Assembly: GCA_963514005.1 (NCBI GenBank)
Contig: OY740796.1
Location: forward strand, 36,208,001 to 36,272,000
Length of the DNA stretch: 64,000 nt
Direction of reading: 5' to 3'
Origin: Raja brachyura
Taxonomy: Eukaryota
Every line of letters starts with the position of its first letter. The first letter of the stretch is position 1. The notes beneath the pieces are model-generated. The model was not told the origin of the DNA and searched no databases. It saw only the letters and a list, made by a program, of their open reading frames with translations. Made by a program: the position numbers and the translations under genes. Positions 26,275-39,479 of this stretch are shown here, piece by piece.

Positions 26275-26755
26275 TGGTCATAAGGTCATAAGTGATAGCA
26301 GTAGAATTAGGCTGTTCAGCCCATCAAGTCTATGCCACCAACAACCATGGCTGATCTATCCCTCCCTCCTAACCCCTTTCTTCTGCCTTCTCCCCAAAAC
26401 CTCTGACACGTATACAAATCACGAATCTATCTATTTCTGCCTTAAAAATATCCACTGACGGCTGCCACAGCCTTCTGTGGCAAAGAATTCCACAGATTCA
26501 CCATCCTCTGACTAAAGAAATTTCTCATCTCCTTCCTAAAAGAACATCCTTTAATTCTGAGGCTATAACCTTTAGTCCTAGACTCTCCCACTAGTGGAAA
26601 CATCTTCTCCACATCAACTCTATCCAAGCCTTTCACTATTCTGTATGTTTCAATGAGATCCCCTCTCATTCTTCTAAACTCCATCGAGTAAAGGCCCAGT
26701 GCCGACAAACGCTCAAGATTGGTTAACCTACTAATTCCTGGGATCATTATTGCAA
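26275..26755 (-). mobile_element. CR1 LINE 3' fragment
   Basis: ORF 26442-26783 EFRRMRGDLIETY...FFSQRMVNLWNSLP. Confidence 0.88.
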
Positions 26756-27677
26756 ACTGCTCGGTCACTTGGTCACTGCTCACCTTAATACTTTCTGTTG
26801 TTCAAGCTGGTTACCAAGCTCACAGAACCTGGTCTCTGCGCATCCATCTGCAATTGATCCTCGACTTCCTCATCCACAGACCAGTCTGTTTGAATTGGCA
26901 GAAATACTTCATCCTCAGTAACAATTAGTATGGGAGCACCTCAAGGTTGTGTGCTCAGCCCCCTGCTCTACTCACTCTATACTCATGACTGTGTTGCCGG
27001 ACACAGTGCAAACTCCATCTTCAAGTTCGCCGAAGACACCACCGTTGTAGGACGAATGACAGATGGTGATGAGTCAGAGTATAGAAGTGAGATTGACCGA
27101 TTGACCAAATGGTGTTAGCACAACAACCTGGCTCTCAATATCAGTAAAACCAAAGAACCGATTGTGGACTTTGGAAGAGGAAGGATGAGGGCCCATAATC
27201 TTGTTTATATCAATGGGACGATGGTGGAGAGAGGCAAAAACATCAAATTCCTGGCCATGCATATTTCCGAAGATCTTTCCTGGACCCAGCACACTGATGC
27301 AATTATAAAGAAAGCATATCAGCGCCTCTACTTCCTGAAAAGATTACAAAGATTCAGTATGTCAAAGAGGATTCTCTTGAACTTCTACAGGTGCACAGTA
27401 GAGAGCATATTGACTGGTTGCATCATGGCAACTTGAACTTGCATGAGCAGAAAAGATTGCAAAAAGTTGTAAACACTGCCCAGTCCATCAGCGGCTCTGA
27501 CCTCCCCATCATCGAAGGGATTTATCGGAGTCGCTGCCTCAAAAAGACAGCCAACATCTTCAGAGACCCACACCATCCAGGCCACACACTCATCTCACCA
27601 CTGCCATCGGGAAGAAAGTACAGGAGCCTGAAAACTGTAACGTCCCGGTTCAGGAACAGCTACTTCCCTACAGCCAT

Positions 27678-28755
27678 CACCTTCAATGAACATGTTATGC
27701 TATATTTCTCGACTTATTCATCTTATTACCGATTAAAAGTTTTTTTAAAAAGCAAAAGACTTTCAATTTAAAACGACCAGCTTCAACTGATGATGTCACA
27801 ATGGCTTGGCTAGCAGTGATCAGCTTCACTGAATATTTCATCCTATATTTGACAAGTTATTCGCGATTAGACAATAGACAACAGGTGCAGGAGTAGGCCA
27901 TTCGGCCCTTCGAGCCAGCACTGCCATTCAATGTGATCATCCACAATCAGTACCCCGTTCCTGCCTTCTCCCCATATCCCTGACTCCGCTATTTTTAAGA
28001 GCCCTATCTAGCTCTCTCTTGAAAGCATCCAGAGAACCTGCCTCCACCACCCTCTGAGGCAGAGAATCCCACAGACTCACCACTCTCTGTGAGAAAAAGT
28101 GTTTCCTCATCTCCGTTCTAAATGGCTTACTCCTTATTTTTAAACTGTGGCCCCTGGTTCTGGACTCCCCCAACATCGATGAAAGTTTTAAAAATGCCAA
28201 CTTGCACAAGATTTTTACATTCTGATTCACATTTTTCCCCTCTAGGCAGAGAGCACCTTCACTGAACATTTTATGCTTTATTTCTCGACTTATTACTGAT
28301 TAAAAGTTAAAAAAATCAAAAGACTTTGAATTTAAAATGACCAGCTTTAACTGATGATGTCACAATGGCTCGGTAACAATGATCAGCTTCAATGAAGATT
28401 TCATCCTATATTTCACATTATTCGTGATTAAAGCTTTAAAAATGCCAACTTTCGCAAGATTTTGACTGTTAAAATCATTCCTGCCAGCTTTCAACACACT
28501 TCGATACAATGTTGCGACACAGGTACACTCTTAACGTTTCACCTCACAGGAGGGGGAGGGCGAATTGTTATTGCAATACGCAGGGCAAGTGCAATTGGAT
28601 TTTTTTTTTCAAAGCCCCCTGCTGAGGGAGGCAGGGGAGTGCTGCAATCTTACATTGGGGAACGGCTTGAGTTGGAGGATCACGCCTCCCGTGGGGGCTT
28701 CGGCTAGGGAATGGGTGCATTGAGGGAGTCTCCACTTGGCCGGGTATATAAATAA

Positions 28756-28757
<2 letters not shown>
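27678..28757. repeat. Unclassified element with two tandem units of about 265 bp, the first interrupted by a CR1 3' end (about 27870-28178, minus strand)
   Basis: caccttca(a/c)tgaacat...aactgatgatgtcacaatggct...tttcatcctatattt recurs at 27678 and 28254. Confidence 0.7.

Positions 28758-28831
<74 letters not shown>
28758..28831. repeat. (CA)n microsatellite
   Basis: Perfect dinucleotide run. Confidence 0.99.
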
Positions 28832-28833
<2 letters not shown>

Positions 28834-29894
28834 AACTTTCTTTTTCTCCTTTATCATATTATTTACAGTGTACTAAGTTTATATATTCTGTTGTGCTACA
28901 AGTAAGAATTTCATTGTTCTATCTGGGACATATGAGAATAAAACACTCTATACTCTTAACATTCACACTTACAACATTTTAAAATGGTGCTCTCCTTGCT
29001 GGTCTTTGCCAATGTGCAGATTCAGGATTTTTTTTTAACAGGAGATCAAAATACTAATTTCATCATCTTTAATGAACAACACTGATATCTTCAACTCTGC
29101 AGATCCTTCCCTCATCCAGATCTTATCAGTTATCAATGAGTTGCTAATTAGTGTAGCCTTTGGAAAGTGGTTCCTCTTCAGGCATTTGTTAATGAGCAAT
29201 AAGGGAGAGCGCAAATTATCTAGCAAAGGCTGTTACTTTATTCAATTTTATTATCTCTAAATATGAGGAAAAATTAACCTTGGAGTGCAAATAACATTTT
29301 AAAAAGAATCATATCTCAAGCAAACCTTTTTGTAATCCTTACTGGTCCTCCAATTCAGTAATCAAAACGTAATCATGCAATCTCTGGATTGGTGCTAATA
29401 CAAAGGACCCAAATGTAATTCTCAACAGTACAATCATTTAATACATATCCTGTGGAATACAGATCTTTTCCTCAAAAGTCTGTTTTTCCACAATTCAAAC
29501 ATGCACCAGTTTTCCTTTAAACACTCCTAATACATGATGTAACTTGTACTGCTTGTGGCTACAATTAATTAAGGAAGGTACGCAGCAGGACAACATGTTG
29601 CCACTGTACCTTGAGGTTCTAACACGTCACATTATAGAATTATATGTCCCATGTACACACTCACATCTTAATTGATGGCTGTTCACTGGGGTTATTCACC
29701 TTGGGAAGAGGTTAAAAGCAGAGATTTCAATCAAGAATAATACAATCAGAAGTGTTATTTATATTTTTGTTTTGTGCATCATTTTTCAGCTCAAGAGAGG
29801 AAATTGTGAAGCATCATAAATAAGGAGATTTTATTTTTAACCTTATTTTTCTTCAATATGCCAATGGAACTGCTGACTGCCATTTTATTTCTTA

Positions 29895-30330
29895 AAATCA
29901 TGATGCAGCTTAAAAGGACTTAGTTAGATCACATTTGGAGTATTGTGAGCAGTCCCGGTCGCTCCATTACAGAAAGGATGTGGAAACTTTGGAAAGGGAA
30001 CAGGGGATGTTTACCAGAATGATGCCTGGATTAGGGAGTATTAGTTACAGGGACAGATTGGACATATTTGGACTATTTTCTCTGAAACACCAAAGGTTGC
30101 GGAAAGATCTGATAGCAGTATATGAAATTATGAGAAGCATAGATAGGGTAGACATTCAGAATCTTTTCTTCAGAATCTATCCAAAATACTTTGGATAGGC
30201 ATATGGCTATGCAAGGAATGAAGGGATATGGGTTATGTGCAGGCAGATTAGCGATGGTCTTGGCATTATGTTTGGCACAGACATTGTGGGATAAAGGGCC
30301 TGTTGTACTGTTCTATGTTCAATGCTCTTT
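29895..30330 (+). mobile_element. CR1 LINE 3' fragment
   Basis: ORF 29935-30198 EYCEQ...YRKDVETLER...FTRMMPGL. Confidence 0.8.
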
Positions 30331-33300
30331 GTTCTAAAAGGATAATGTAGGCTAAGGTGATTCTCTCACTGTGTATTCACGTTAAAATCAATAGAACAAT
30401 GCTTGTAAGATTTATAAACTGTGGGCAAAATAAGAATGGCAACTAAATAAAATTATTATTATGCTGCACAGAAGGTACTTGAAAATTAATTGGTTGCAAG
30501 ATCGAAATGACCAAATGCTGCCTGCTTACAAGATTGCCCCTGCCATCTCTGATCTGTCATTGTGTGAGGCATACATGAAAAAGGGCATTTTAATGGAAAG
30601 GTCAGGGTCATAATAAACTAGAGCTTAAATCTGTATGAGAAAATACAATACTTCCCTCCTCTTCAAAGACACTGGAAAAAAAAGCAATTCAAGCTGCATG
30701 TTACATCAAATCAGTGCAATAGGTTCAGTAGCTTAGTAAATAAATCATTCAAGGAAATATGGTAGACGCAAAATGCTGGAGTAACTCATCGGGCCAGGCA
30801 GCATCTCTGGAGAGAACAAATGGGTGACGTTTCGGATGTTGACGCTGAGATATTTTAAAGACTATTGTACAAATAATTGGACTCCTAGATGTTCTGACCT
30901 GTCTTCAGCCACACATAGGCAAACATTGGTTCCCAGCAGCAAAACAAGAGGTTCTTTCTACATGACATACAAGACTGAAACATAAGCAGTTTATACATGT
31001 TTTCTGAACATCAGGGTTATGTAACTGCCCTACAATTCTCACCTATTATTTTTTCAGTTTCTTCATGTCATGTTTTATTTATAGAGGTCAGAAATTCACA
31101 ACTTGCAACTTAAACTCCTTGCAAATTGACGTCAGCAACTATAAATTGCAAATCTTAAGTTTCAAAGGCTAAATATAGATCTAGATGATCAAATCCTCCA
31201 TAGAACACGACATTTCCTGTACTCCTGTGATTGTGGAATCATCATCTGTGAACTGAACATTTTTTGGCAAATAATAGAAAAAACAATATTTAATTGGCAA
31301 TCTGTGTTTATTAATTTTAGTTTGGAAGCAGAAAAAAAAAGTTTTATTCTTTGACGCATTTATTTACAAACCACTGAAAATTAACATGAGATAAAACTCA
31401 TGAAATGACATTTGGAATTTGATTATGACCATAAGACTCCTCAGTAAATCTGTTTTATTGATCAGTAAAGCACTCTTATTGCCATTTGTTCGTGTGATAG
31501 GAATGGTGTCACAGCAGGTCTTGACTGGGAGAGGGACAAAATACATGCAGCCTAGAGGGCTAGCAGAGAAAAAGAGCAGAACAAAAGATGTACTATGAAA
31601 ATGATTTGTTCAAGTTGAAATATCTGCGATGTCTACTATCTTTGGGTCACTGTACGAAAGTTGTTCTGCTTTGGTACTCCTGACACTTCTGAAAATTACC
31701 CCAGCCTGTAGTTATTTTCCTTTCCATTTTGTTTAATGGTATACACTTTCAACATGCATGTATGGCATATCCGTGGGTGCAACAAAGTAAATAAACTCCA
31801 TGTAAAAACTGCTAAAATTAACGACGCATTGCAGGATTACATGCTATGCCATATCACTTCTCTGGGCATGGTCGACTCCAAAGATGTCCATGGTAGGTTA
31901 TGCCATTTGGGTGATATGACAAATTGCACCTCATCTAAAAAGAGAGACTGATCACCTTCCCCCTCAATCATTTTGTGGTATGAATTTACTTAAAGCTTTA
32001 CATATTTATAAGGGATAGAGCAGCATAAAGGAAATAATTTTTCAGTACTCAGCATGCATCTCAATGAAGTCTGACAGGCTCACCACTGCATTGAAAAAAT
32101 ACCACCAAATTTCATGTAACAAAGAATCTAATCCTTTTTGGAAGACAACTAATTATCCATGGCAAGCAGTCCAGATTTTAGAGCCATCATCTCAGGTTAA
32201 GAGTTTAGCTACTTAGATTTACTTAGCTACTTAGATTTACATTGAATAGAAATTTCTTCATTGAGTGGGCTGTGAATGTTTGGAATTCTGTACAGCATTC
32301 AATGCCCAGACCAATAACCTTTTTAAGTAGCATAAAAGTCAGGGTGTATGGGAATAGGGCAGGAAATTGAAGTTGATCCAGAAAACCAGCATAACCTTAC
32401 TAAATGCCGAGTAGACCCAAGGAGCAATGTGGTCTACTCGTGCCCCAATTTATTTTGTTTTGATCTCTCGATGCGAATGGTCACAATCAGGGACACGACT
32501 GGTTAGTCACATCCTGAAAATCCACTAGAACAGATAATGGTGTGAGCGCAGCTGGATTACACTGGTAATCTTTTGTAAAAGATCAATGAGCAAAGCCCTA
32601 AATTGTCATTTCCTATTGACTTACATTGCCAATAAACTACTCAAATTGAAACTCGAAAACCCAGCCAACACTGTGTGTGGTTGAGATTGTTTTGGCTAAA
32701 AGGAAGCACTTGTAAGTTGTCCAGCAGCTGAGAGAAATGTGAATTTGTGAAGCTAACAATTAAAGGGCTGTTGCTTTTCACATATTTCTTGCTCAACAGC
32801 AGGTGACATTTCCAGTTCTCATTAGCAAATCCAATAGGAGGAAATTCACAGATTTCAGTTTTAGATCTTCCTTCCTCCCTATGGAAATAAAAACACTCAG
32901 TACTATCAAGTCTGAGGTAAACTCCTGTGCTACACTGATGATGCATCAGGTTGGAATCGATAAATTCATGCTTCTGCCCATGAAAACAAGAAGTGTCATC
33001 TGCTGTTTTAGCAAGAACGATGCGAAAAGAGACAGCCCTTTTAAAAAAAGTGCTGTTGGTTTCACAATCTCACATTTTTGAGAGCTCCTGAATAGCACAC
33101 AAATGCAATTACTAGCCTCGCTTGGAAATGGCAAATTGTCTTCACTTGTAACCAGTGAGAACAAGCATACATATAACACTAAAGGCATCAAAATATGCGA
33201 TACCCAACAGAACAAATGACAAATAGTTTCCATCCTTCCATTCTCCATGGAAAATGATGACTGTGTTTGAAGCCATTACAAAGATTAAAGCTACCATTAG

Positions 33301-33899
33301 AACAGCAGCCACCTTCAGCAGATAAACAAACCTAGGTACTTAACTCAACCTCCTGGATAGATTCTGGCCCAAATGTTCATTTTCATTAAAATTTCATTTG
33401 AATGTATAAAGTAATGTGAGAATTATTTGTACCATATTTACCAGTTCTGATGACATTCGAGTAATTACAGTGAGATTTTCATACTATGTGTGAGAACAGC
33501 AAGTGAATGCATTCCTTGCACTGGAAGGCATTAATCTTTCACTGGATTGTGTCCCGATGCCTCCATTAGGCAGTCAATTTCTAGAAAAAGGCAGTAGTAT
33601 GCCTAAGTTATTTTTCCCATCTAAACTGATTCTCAGCCAGTGACAGCACCCCTATCACTCTGGTAAAATATAACTGAGCAGAAGGAATTACAATTATCAA
33701 GTTCATCACAACTTCAGAAACTCTATTTGAAATATTTTCTTTGCTTAAACTATTCCCAATTTCCTGCCCTTTAATTTCCTCTGAAAAATTGGGTAGTGGA
33801 AATCATCACTTTTACTTTGGGGGAAATTTCAGCAACTATTAGATGACGTAAAGTGGGCAGAACCTTGGGACAAAATGACTACCACTTGTACTGTATCTC

Positions 33900-34700
33900 T
33901 GTTTCAGTTTATTGTCCTTTAGCTGTTTCATCAAACACCCTTTATTCTATTACAGGGTCAAAAATAGGGATAATTACTAATTGTTATGCAGTGTTCAATT
34001 CTATTAGCAATGCCTCTGAAAACTATAGTGATGTGCAGCAAAACCTTGGTAACATTCATACATGGCCTTATTAGTGGCAAGTAACATTTGCACCACACAA
34101 GTACCAGTTAGTATGCATCTCCAATGAGAGGGAGCTTGATCATTTACCCTTGACATCCAATGGCATTATCATTATCCAGTGCGCCAACGTCAACATTGAT
34201 CACAAAATTGATTGGGCTAGCCACATAAAGAACAGTTCACATATTGGTTATCCTTTAGAAATTTGACACCCACAAGCCCTTCCATGATCTACAAGGCAAA
34301 GAACATGAAAATAATGTGACAAAACTCCATTTGTTAGAAGAATTGAACTCAAAGTGGTTGATACCATTCAGGACAAGACAATATGCTTGACTGGCACCCA
34401 ACAATTACCCTGGTATTCAATGATTCCACCACCCAGATACACAGGCACAAAGTTACCCATAAAATGCATTGCAATTATTTGCCCAGTACCTTGCAATCAT
34501 ACAACCTCTACATGTAAGAAGGACAAGGCATGGGACACCACCACTTTCATGGCTATATTCAAGTCATACACCACCCAGACATGAAATAATATCACAGAAC
34601 ATGTGTTGTCATTGGATCTAAATCCTGGAACTCCATATCCAACAGTACAGTTGAACTAATTTTTACCAGAAGGACAATTAGGCATAGGTAATAAGTGCTA
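33900..34700 (+). mobile_element. Ancient LINE RT remnant (CR1/L2 group)
   Basis: Degenerate W..WQVTFAPHK and ID.KL.W..HI-like motifs at about 34060-34230. Confidence 0.45.
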
Positions 34701-36127
34701 TCCATTTCAGCAATGTCAGGCCAAATGAAATAAATAAAATTATTGATTTCTGTAATTTATACTTCAGGAGGATGCCCAAGGCAGAAAACACATGGAAATA
34801 AATCTGGGCATCAACTGAGCAAAAATCTGATGATTTTTTTGTGGGGTCATATGTATTTCCTCTCACATTGTGTCTTAATAGATGACTCTATAACCTTAAT
34901 CCAGCCTTCTCAATGTTAACTGTAGGTATTCTTCCAAGCCATCACCATATTTTTTTAGTCACAAAATAAAATAAAAATTCAAATCTTGGTAATAGATTAG
35001 CACGGCTTAACTCTGTTTAAATCCCTCCTTCAAGATAGTGCAATGTATGTACATATATTATACTATAATTAACATGCCCTCCATTTCAGAAAACCCAATA
35101 ATGGAGACAGAGATAAAGCAATCTAATTTTAGGTGAGGCAGGGTTAGATAAGCTGTCACCAGATATTGGGATAACATCAGTTAAGAATAGGCCCATTGTC
35201 CCACACAACTATTCACCCAAGGTTTTCATATCCTTTTCATTTAAAACAGCCCTGCAGAAGGAAGCATAAACTGTTTTTAAAGTAGCTGCCTCTATCTTGA
35301 AAAAATCTATTAAGCTCAACATCAATAGAATTGCTACCAGTTTGAACTTACCTTCTGCCAGGCTTGGAAAAAACAGTTGCTCCATTTGATGTGCATATTT
35401 ACTATCCTGCTGCCATTCAGGTCTCAATTGTGCCTCTTCCTCGTTACTGTTTTGGATGAAAATAGTCAAATTATTGAAGGGACTGAATTAATAACATTCC
35501 ATCAATTTGAAATCTTTCTACCCGTCAAGGTGATTGATATTGATTGGCAATCATCTACCTTCAGGGATTCCACACACCAGCCAGCACTCCCAGGTAAGTT
35601 TCAAAAGGGTTGTGTAAATGATAAAAGATTTCATTACAACCAATTGATGATTGGCTCCATTCAAACCTTGTGTGGCACTTCAATTTATCAGTCAAACTTT
35701 GGATAATTCATTACTCAAGATCGAGCCAGATAGACCTCCCACATTTGCATGAACATTTATTAAATCTAATGAATTCTAATTGCATAGAAAATTTGTGCAT
35801 AGAATGTCATTGTGCCAGAAATATTTCAGATTCAATCAAATACCAGTCAATTATTTAAACTTGCCATTGCCAGTTTCTAAAATAAAAATAAACTGAAAGG
35901 GTATACATCTTACATGACCTCTAACTGTCCCAAAATTATTTATAACCAACAAAATACATTTGAGGTGGAGCCATAGGAAATATAACAGCTACTTTGCATG
36001 CAAAGGTCATGGAAACAGGAGAGATTATTTGTTTGGGGTGAAGGATGATTTTGCTTTTCATGAAAGAAAGAAATCACAGAATTATAAAATAGTTATAACA
36101 TGAATGAATGCCATTTGGCCCATCAAT

Positions 36128-36690
36128 AACGCCACATTTGAAATATTGTGAGCAATTTTGGGCACCATACCTGAGGAAGGATAAACTGGCACTGGAGAGG
36201 GTCCAGAGGAGGTTTACAAGAATGATCCCAGGAATTAGTAGGTTAACGTATGATGAGCACTGGGCCTGTACCTGCCGGAGTTTAGAAGAATGAGGGGGGG
36301 GGGGGACCTCTTTGAAACACACAGAATAGTGAAATGCTTGGATAGAGTGGATGTGGAGATGATTTTTCCACTAATGGGAGAGTCTAGGACTAGAGGTCAT
36401 AGCTCAGAATTAAAGGACATTCATTTAGGAAGGAGATGAGGAGAAATTTCTTTAATCAGAGGGTAGTGACCTGTGGAATTCATTGCCACAGAAGGCTGTG
36501 GAGGCCAAGTCAAGAGATATTTTTAAGGCAGAGATAAATAGATTATTGATTAGTACAGGGGGTCCGAGGTTATGGGGAGAGGCAGGAGAATGGAGATAGG
36601 ATGGAAAGATCGATCAGCCATGATTGAATGGCGTAGACTTGATGGGCCGAAAGGCCTATTTCTACTCCTATACCTTATGACATGACCATG
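36128..36690 (+). mobile_element. CR1 LINE 3' fragment
   Basis: PHLKYCEQFWAPYLRKD...ERVQRRFTRMIPG; typical CR1 tail. Confidence 0.88.
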
Positions 36691-37107
36691 TAATATATTT
36701 CATCTTTTTCTTCAGCTACTTATCCAGCTGTCAATTTACTACTACAGTTGAATGCCTCCAATCATATTCCTGACATAGTTTTCCACATACTATCCTTTCA
36801 CGTTACTTTTGTTTCTTTGCCAATACAAATCTGCATCCTTTACCTGTTGACCCTACAGGCAATGGAAACTGTTTTTCTTTGAGTCATCTGCCTATTTCCT
36901 TCATTATCTACAACAACTCTAACATTTTTCTCCACAAATTCCCTTGTATCAAAGAAAACCTAGCCACTATCCACATCTCTGTCCCTGTGTATTCTCTTCT
37001 GTAAATACTCATTACATCCCTTAAGCTCAAACTGCTGGATATTTCGATGTAAATGCTCGATGATCAGACCACAAGAGCTGCAACTTTAATTCAACTTCTA
37101 TCACATA

Positions 37108-37440
37108 CAGATTTACGAGGATGTTGCTGGGACTAGAGGGTGTGAGCTATAGGGAGAGGTTGAGTAGGCTGGGTCTCTATTCCATGGAGCGCAGGAGGAT
37201 GAGGGGTGATCTGATGGAGGTGGGTGGGTGTATGGAACAAGTTGCCAGAGGAGGTTGTTGAGGCTGGGACTATCCCATCATTTCAGAAACAGTTCGACCG
37301 GTACATGGATAGGACAGGTTTGGAGGGATATGGACGAAGCGCAGACAAGTGGGACTAGTGTAGCTGGGACATTGTTGGCCGGTGTGCGCAAGGTACACCA
37401 AAGGGCCTGTTTCCACACTGAATCAATATAAGAATCTATG
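37108..37440 (+). mobile_element. CR1 3' fragment with internal deletion
   Basis: agatttacgaggatgttgc...gaggggtgatct joined directly to ggtgggtgtatggaacaagttgccagagg. Confidence 0.8.
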
Positions 37441-38291
37441 ACATTCCAAACTGCCATCATATAATCATCCAAACCTGTGCAAAAATTTGGAAACAAAACT
37501 ATACAACTCAGGCAAGCAGCTCTGTCAGAAAGTCCCAAGACTGGGTTTTTTTAACTCTTGCCTGTATTTTTGGCATATACAAGTCGTTTGCATTGAGCAC
37601 TCAGTGAAACTAAAATCAAACTTTGGATAATTCAAGTTCAAACAATATAGACCAAACACATTTTTAAGAACATTTATTAATACTAATGACTACTCATTAG
37701 CTAAAAATATTATGCATTGAATTTCTTTGTACATTTTTTAATTTATTTCATACTGTGGGAAGATGATATTGTAATTACACCAAGGAAGACGGATGAATAC
37801 TACAGGGAACAAATTCACTGTAGGATAAATTAATATAATTGATTTGTTCTAAAAATGTACTCTGTTGTATTTTTAGAAAAAAAACACTGGGTTGCAACAT
37901 CTATTTTGGGACTGAGACAGGTTTCAAAAAGTTGTGCAGTTGGACAAGCACTTTAGCTGTGTTTTCTCTTGAAACCTAAAGATATAATAATTTGTAAATG
38001 ATAAGGCTAATCAGAATAATTGAAAGTGTGTAAACTCATCAAATGCATGGAACACATGGGGTTTCCCATGAAGAGATGCTACTGATTTCCAAAAATTTTT
38101 GATTCAACCCTTGCTTACCTTGACAGTAAGAACATCTATGTCATGATACCATTCACTCCTTAGCTTTCAAGATAATTTTTCTGAAAGAGCTTATCCCATA
38201 ACTTCTGGAGCCTGTTCATGGGGCCTCAATCTCCGATGTCTGCTGTACTTCCTGACCAGAAAACCTCAATCAGTGAGAATTGGTTCTATTG

Positions 38292-38752
38292 GGGAGGCAC
38301 GGAGGCGCAGATGTAGAGTTGCTGCCAGTGCCAGAGACCTGGGTTCGATCCTGTCTGGGTGCTTATCTGTACGAAGTTTGTACCTTCTCCCTGTGTGGGT
38401 TTTCTCCGGGATCTTTGGTTTCCTCCCACACTGCAAAGATGTTCAGATATAAGGGGGGTTACACAAAAAGCTGGAGAAACTCAGCGGGTGCAGCAGCATC
38501 TAAGGAGCGAAGGAGATAGGCGACGTTTCGGGTCAAGACCCTTCTTCAGACTGGTCAGGGATCAGGGAAACGAGAGATATAAACAGTGATGTGGAGAGAT
38601 AAGGAACAAATATAATTAGTTTGGTATAATTGTAAATTGTTCCTTGTCTGTGAAGGATAGTGTTAGCGTGTTGGGATCCAAGGTCGCAGGTCGGTGTGGA
38701 ACCAGTGGGCCAAAGGGCCTGTTTTAATGCTGTGTCTCTAAATTAAACTAAA
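38292..38752 (+). mobile_element. tRNA-derived V-SINE interrupted by a Penelope pLTR fragment (about 38450-38610, minus strand)
   Basis: A-box-like ggaggcgcagatg, B-box GGTTCGATCC (about 38342), V-domain ggtttcctcccaca, CR1-like tail gggcctgttttaatgctgtgtctctaaattaaactaaa. Confidence 0.8.
38520..38553 (-). ncRNA. Minimal hammerhead-ribozyme-like motif (best-preserved copy)
   Basis: Reverse complement CAGU-CUGAAGA-A-GGGU(CUUG)ACCC-GAAAC-GUC-GC. Confidence 0.55.
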
Positions 38753-39275
38753 TTCCCTCCCACCCTGAGCCTTAAAAACTGGTGCTCCTCATGGTTTGGT
38801 GCTCAAACCCTGTACTCCCATGAGTGTGTATCCAAACACATAGCTATCTTGATCTTAAAATCGGCAATGATACAATTTTTGTTGGTTGGACCAACACGAA
38901 CAATAAGACAGATTTTTGAAAAAGATTGGGGAACTTATGGCATGATGTCAGGACAACAACCTAGCCCTTAATGTCAGCAAGATGATTGTTTACTGACTGA
39001 AGGAAGTTGCGGGGCGTGATTGTGGTGGGGGCTGGGAAGGGGGATAACTCTGAGCCACAGCTTTGTGGTTCTTAGCATCCATATCTTCAGAGAGAAGATG
39101 AAGTATCTTGAAAACCTGGATTTCTAAGAATAAGAACAGCTACTTCACCACTACTACCTTGCAACAATCAACTATTTCACATTCTCTTCTAAATGGTGCT
39201 GCAACGTACACGTAACTCAGATTTCACTGTACCTTAGTTGGTTAAGTGACAATAAACACAAACATGAATTATTCA

Positions 39276-39479
39276 TAATTCAGCCTCACTTAGTTATTCC
39301 TTTATTGCTCTTTGTATTTTTTTGTACTTGTTTACTCTGTGAGATTCGTACAAACTAATAACTTCATTAGGTGCAATGAAGTTACTAGTTTGTACGAAGT
39401 TCACAGAGTAAACAACTTACAATAAGTACAAAAAATATACCAAAGAGCAATAAAGGAATAACTAAATGAGGCTGAGTTA
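39276..39479. repeat. Near-perfect palindrome of about 200 bp (MITE-like)
   Basis: taattcagcctcacttagttattcctttattgctc...aacttcatt-aggtgc-aatgaagtt...gagcaataaaggaataactaaatgaggctgagtta. Confidence 0.85.

Larger units (their letters stand above)
26760..28957 (+). mobile_element. Rex1/Babar LINE (RT 26760-27677; 3' tail 28831-28957) split by an insertion
   Basis: GAPQGCVLSPLLYSLYTHDC, ISEDLSW, LPSGRKYRS motifs with stops and frameshifts; tail aataaaacactctatactctt. Confidence 0.85.

Noticed and set aside
27787-27832. C/D snoRNA-like tgatga...ctga boxes
   Set aside because: Part of a tandemly repeated unit, with no terminal stem or host-intron context.
28568-28857. CVCVCV ORFs
   Set aside because: Translations of the (CA)n microsatellite.
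32206-32241. 18-bp tandem duplication (similar one near 14940-14980)
   Set aside because: Ordinary slippage duplications inside decayed CR1 sequence.
35209-35469. Isolated strong minus-strand donor (GAAG|gtaagt near 35351) with an ORF
   Set aside because: No clear acceptor or recognisable protein; such donors occur by chance.
38292-38360. tRNA gene
   Set aside because: A/B-box-like motifs belong to a SINE head; no complete cloverleaf.
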